In this document: positions 17,226 through 19,189 of the stretch, one piece after another
Layout: every line of letters starts with the position of its first letter
How positions within the stretch are numbered: position 1 is the stretch's first letter
NCBI GenBank assembly: GCA_049964835.1
Contig: JBMFWW010000013.1
Location: 1-19,189 of the forward strand
From: Candidatus Micrarchaeia archaeon
Lineage (GTDB): Archaea; Micrarchaeota; Micrarchaeia; Micrarchaeales; CABMGC01
Direction of reading: 5' to 3'
DNA length: 19,189 nt
Notes under the pieces: generated by a model
Seen by the model: only the letters and a program-made list of their open reading frames with translations
What the model was told of the DNA's origin: nothing
Databases searched by the model: none
Position numbers and translations under genes: made by a program

Positions 17226-17275
17226 TTAAACGCTTTAGAGTTAAATCATATTCTTACTGTTAAAGTTATTTATAA

Positions 17276-18007
17276 TTAATGCCTAAGAAGTGCAAATCTG
17301 CGCATGTACGCTTCAGCTTGGAATATTACGAAATAAGGCAGAACAAATAGTGATACGATTATTAGAGTTAAATACATTGAAAGATAATTTCCAGATATAA
17401 GTATCATTATGAAATCAACAACAGTTATTATTACTGATATTAAAACAAACCACAATACAAAATAGTTTAATTTGCCTATTACTAATTTTATACTATCTTT
17501 AACTGCCCTTATTATGCCTTTATTATCAACCACTATTGCGCTTGGAGCATAAAATATAGGTATAAAACCAAAGAATCCGAATATTGTGGTTAACAATGCA
17601 GTATAACCTATATCATAACCAATTATTCCCAATGCGATAAGTATGAAAGTATATATCAACAATATAATGAATACCTTTCCTATATAACGTTCGATATCTT
17701 GAAGTACCCTCTTAGAAATCTTTGATCTTGTTTTTTTAGCCTTAACTATCATGCTTATTAGAACAAATGCAAAACTAATAAAGAGTAATGAGAAAAGTAT
17801 TGCTATTAGTATTATTACTAAGTTAATCGCATTGAGATTTGTGAAGATGCTTGATATTCTTAAAAAAATGCCTCCGCTACTTATGTATGTAGGAAGAGGA
17901 GCAAATAATGGAATAAGAAATGCGATTACAAATGGTATTGAAAAAAATATTACAAACTTAAGGTTATCCAAATATGTATTGTAAACTTCAGAAAGTATGT
18001 TTGCCAT
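17276..18007 (-). CDS. Multi-pass membrane protein (DUF975/GDPD-membrane-domain-like)
   Basis: About six TM segments with the FYAP.AIVVDNKG...AVKDS.KLV.GK motif typical of this superfamily. Confidence 0.65.
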   Translation of the reverse strand: MANILSEVYNTYLDNLKFVIFFSIPFVIAFLIPLFAPLPTYISSGGIFLRISSIFTNLNAINLVIILIAILFSLLFISFAFVLISMIVKAKKTRSKISKRVLQDIERYIGKVFIILLIYTFILIALGIIGYDIGYTALLTTIFGFFGFIPIFYAPSAIVVDNKGIIRAVKDSIKLVIGKLNYFVLWFVLISVIITVVDFIMILISGNYLSMYLTLIIVSLFVLPYFVIFQAEAYMRRFALLRH

Positions 18008-18080
18008 AAAATCAAATTCAAATTTTAATTAAATGAAATAAATAAAAGAAAAGAAAAATTTAAGAGTGTTTATTTAGGTT

Positions 18081-18551
18081 TCAGGTTGTTATCTGAGCTG
18101 CCGAACCTCCTGGATATGTGCCACCGGTATTTGTATTTGTGCATACCTGACCAGTTAAACTTGGCTGACCAAGGTATCCACTTGTTCCGCTAGGATTTAT
18201 TGACACTACGGTTGATATTATGAAAGGTGCTAAGATGTATAGTATAAGAGATATTATTCCTCCCATAAGCATACCCATTCCCCAACCTTGCATGTTTCCT
18301 CTAAATGATCCTGTTGCTGGTAGGAAGTGTGCAAATGCGTAAAGTGTTCCACCCAAAATAAACAACATCAATGCAAGTATAGTTAAAACGAATGAAACTG
18401 TACTGATTACACTACATAAAGCAGTTACTGCGTTTTGCTGTGGATTCGACTGTGCATTTGCAAAAGGAAGTAGTGCACTACCTAAGATGCCTATTAAAAA
18501 TGATATATACAAAACTATCTTTGTTTTTCCTGACCATATGTTTTTATCCAT
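18081..18551 (-). CDS. VirB2/TrbC-like pilin-type membrane protein
   Basis: Signal peptide ending ANA, an amphipathic helix, then two Gly-rich hydrophobic helices separated by a short Arg-containing loop (..ILGGTLYA..FRGNMQGW..GGII..LAPFII), and a Gly/Thr/Ser-rich tail. Confidence 0.6.
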   Translation of the reverse strand: MDKNIWSGKTKIVLYISFLIGILGSALLPFANAQSNPQQNAVTALCSVISTVSFVLTILALMLFILGGTLYAFAHFLPATGSFRGNMQGWGMGMLMGGIISLILYILAPFIISTVVSINPSGTSGYLGQPSLTGQVCTNTNTGGTYPGGSAAQITT

Positions 18552-18619
18552 TTTATACGCCTATGTTAAATAATATGTAGATATCAAGATTTAAATACTT
18601 TTGTTTTAATTGGTTGTTA

Positions 18620-19189
18620 GGAACTTGACATTTACATTCATTCAACTCGTCAATTTCAAAAAGTACCCTCAATAACTAACAAGATATTCTGATTCGAATC
18701 CAAACGTGAACCGCTGTTTTGCATGCATAAAAAGATATCTAAAAAATTTTGAGTCATGATGATTGACTTTTCCACTATTATACTTATCGGAAGTTCAGAT
18801 TTGATTTCAACTATCGTATGTATTTTATAACCATAGAAGAATTCAGTTTTTTCTTTGTTTTGATACTGTCGTTTTTTCGGTATGGTTCTAACACCTACTC
18901 TTGCATCTTTATCATTATTTGAGTATGCAGGAATATCGGTGCTATCTTGTGCAACAAGACAAATTTGTTTCCCTTTGAATCTATCTTCAACGATCCAATT
19001 TATCAAATCTTGAAACATCATCGGATCTGACCTTTCTCTAACCTTCGAAAAGGTTGATTCATGCAAAGTTTTCTTATAGCCAAGAATTCTTCCAATCTTA
19101 TCATTCATAAGAAAATTAACAAGTTTAACGTCGTTGAAGTTCTCTATTTGTCTTATTGCAAGAGCAACAAGATGTTTTGCAAACTTACG
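18620..19189 (-). mobile_element. Inactivated DDE transposase (IS5/IS4-like); 5' part runs beyond the window
   Basis: Frame is open to the window edge (RKFAKHLVALAIRQ...). Motifs ESTFSKVRER, VAQDSTDI (first Asp), DKDARVG, YGYKIH. A frameshift near 18763 restores SNHHDSKFF...EYL, then TGA at 18669-18671. Candidate terminus GGAACTTGACATTTA at 18620. Confidence 0.85.

Noticed and set aside
10076..17984. ORFs 10076..10432, 11526..11729, 13734..14021, 14158..14370, 14654..14956 and 17751..17984
   Set aside because: Antisense shadows of better-supported genes.

Overview
AT-rich, tightly packed archaeal chromosomal region. Archaeal markers are prefoldin beta, RpoF/Rpo4, L21e, DUF655, a TBP-family gene and an intron-containing tRNA-Met. 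Gene style suggests a small-genome DPANN archaeon such as Micrarchaeota (inference). It holds about 25 CDSs (MFS transporter, DHH phosphoesterase, pfdB, msrB/msrA, mscL, P5C-dehydrogenase-like ALDH, scpA/scpB, MBL hydrolase, ksgA, dedA, rpl21e, DUF655, rpoF, MoxR, a VirB2/TrbC-like pilin), three tRNAs (Lys-TTT, Val-CAC, Met-CAT with a 45-nt intron), a decayed PD-(D/E)XK nuclease and a broken DDE transposase at the right edge. The most notable feature is an apparently intact stand-alone single-repeat ('half') TATA-binding protein inside a scrambled rpl21e-rpoF-DUF655-ksgA cluster. Also notable: a highly divergent GDPD-fold protein lacking its second catalytic His, a tRNA-Met intron with an antisense copy of its own anticodon loop next to C/D-like boxes, and an orphan conjugative-type pilin. 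All protein assignments come from motifs recognised by eye; no searches were run.
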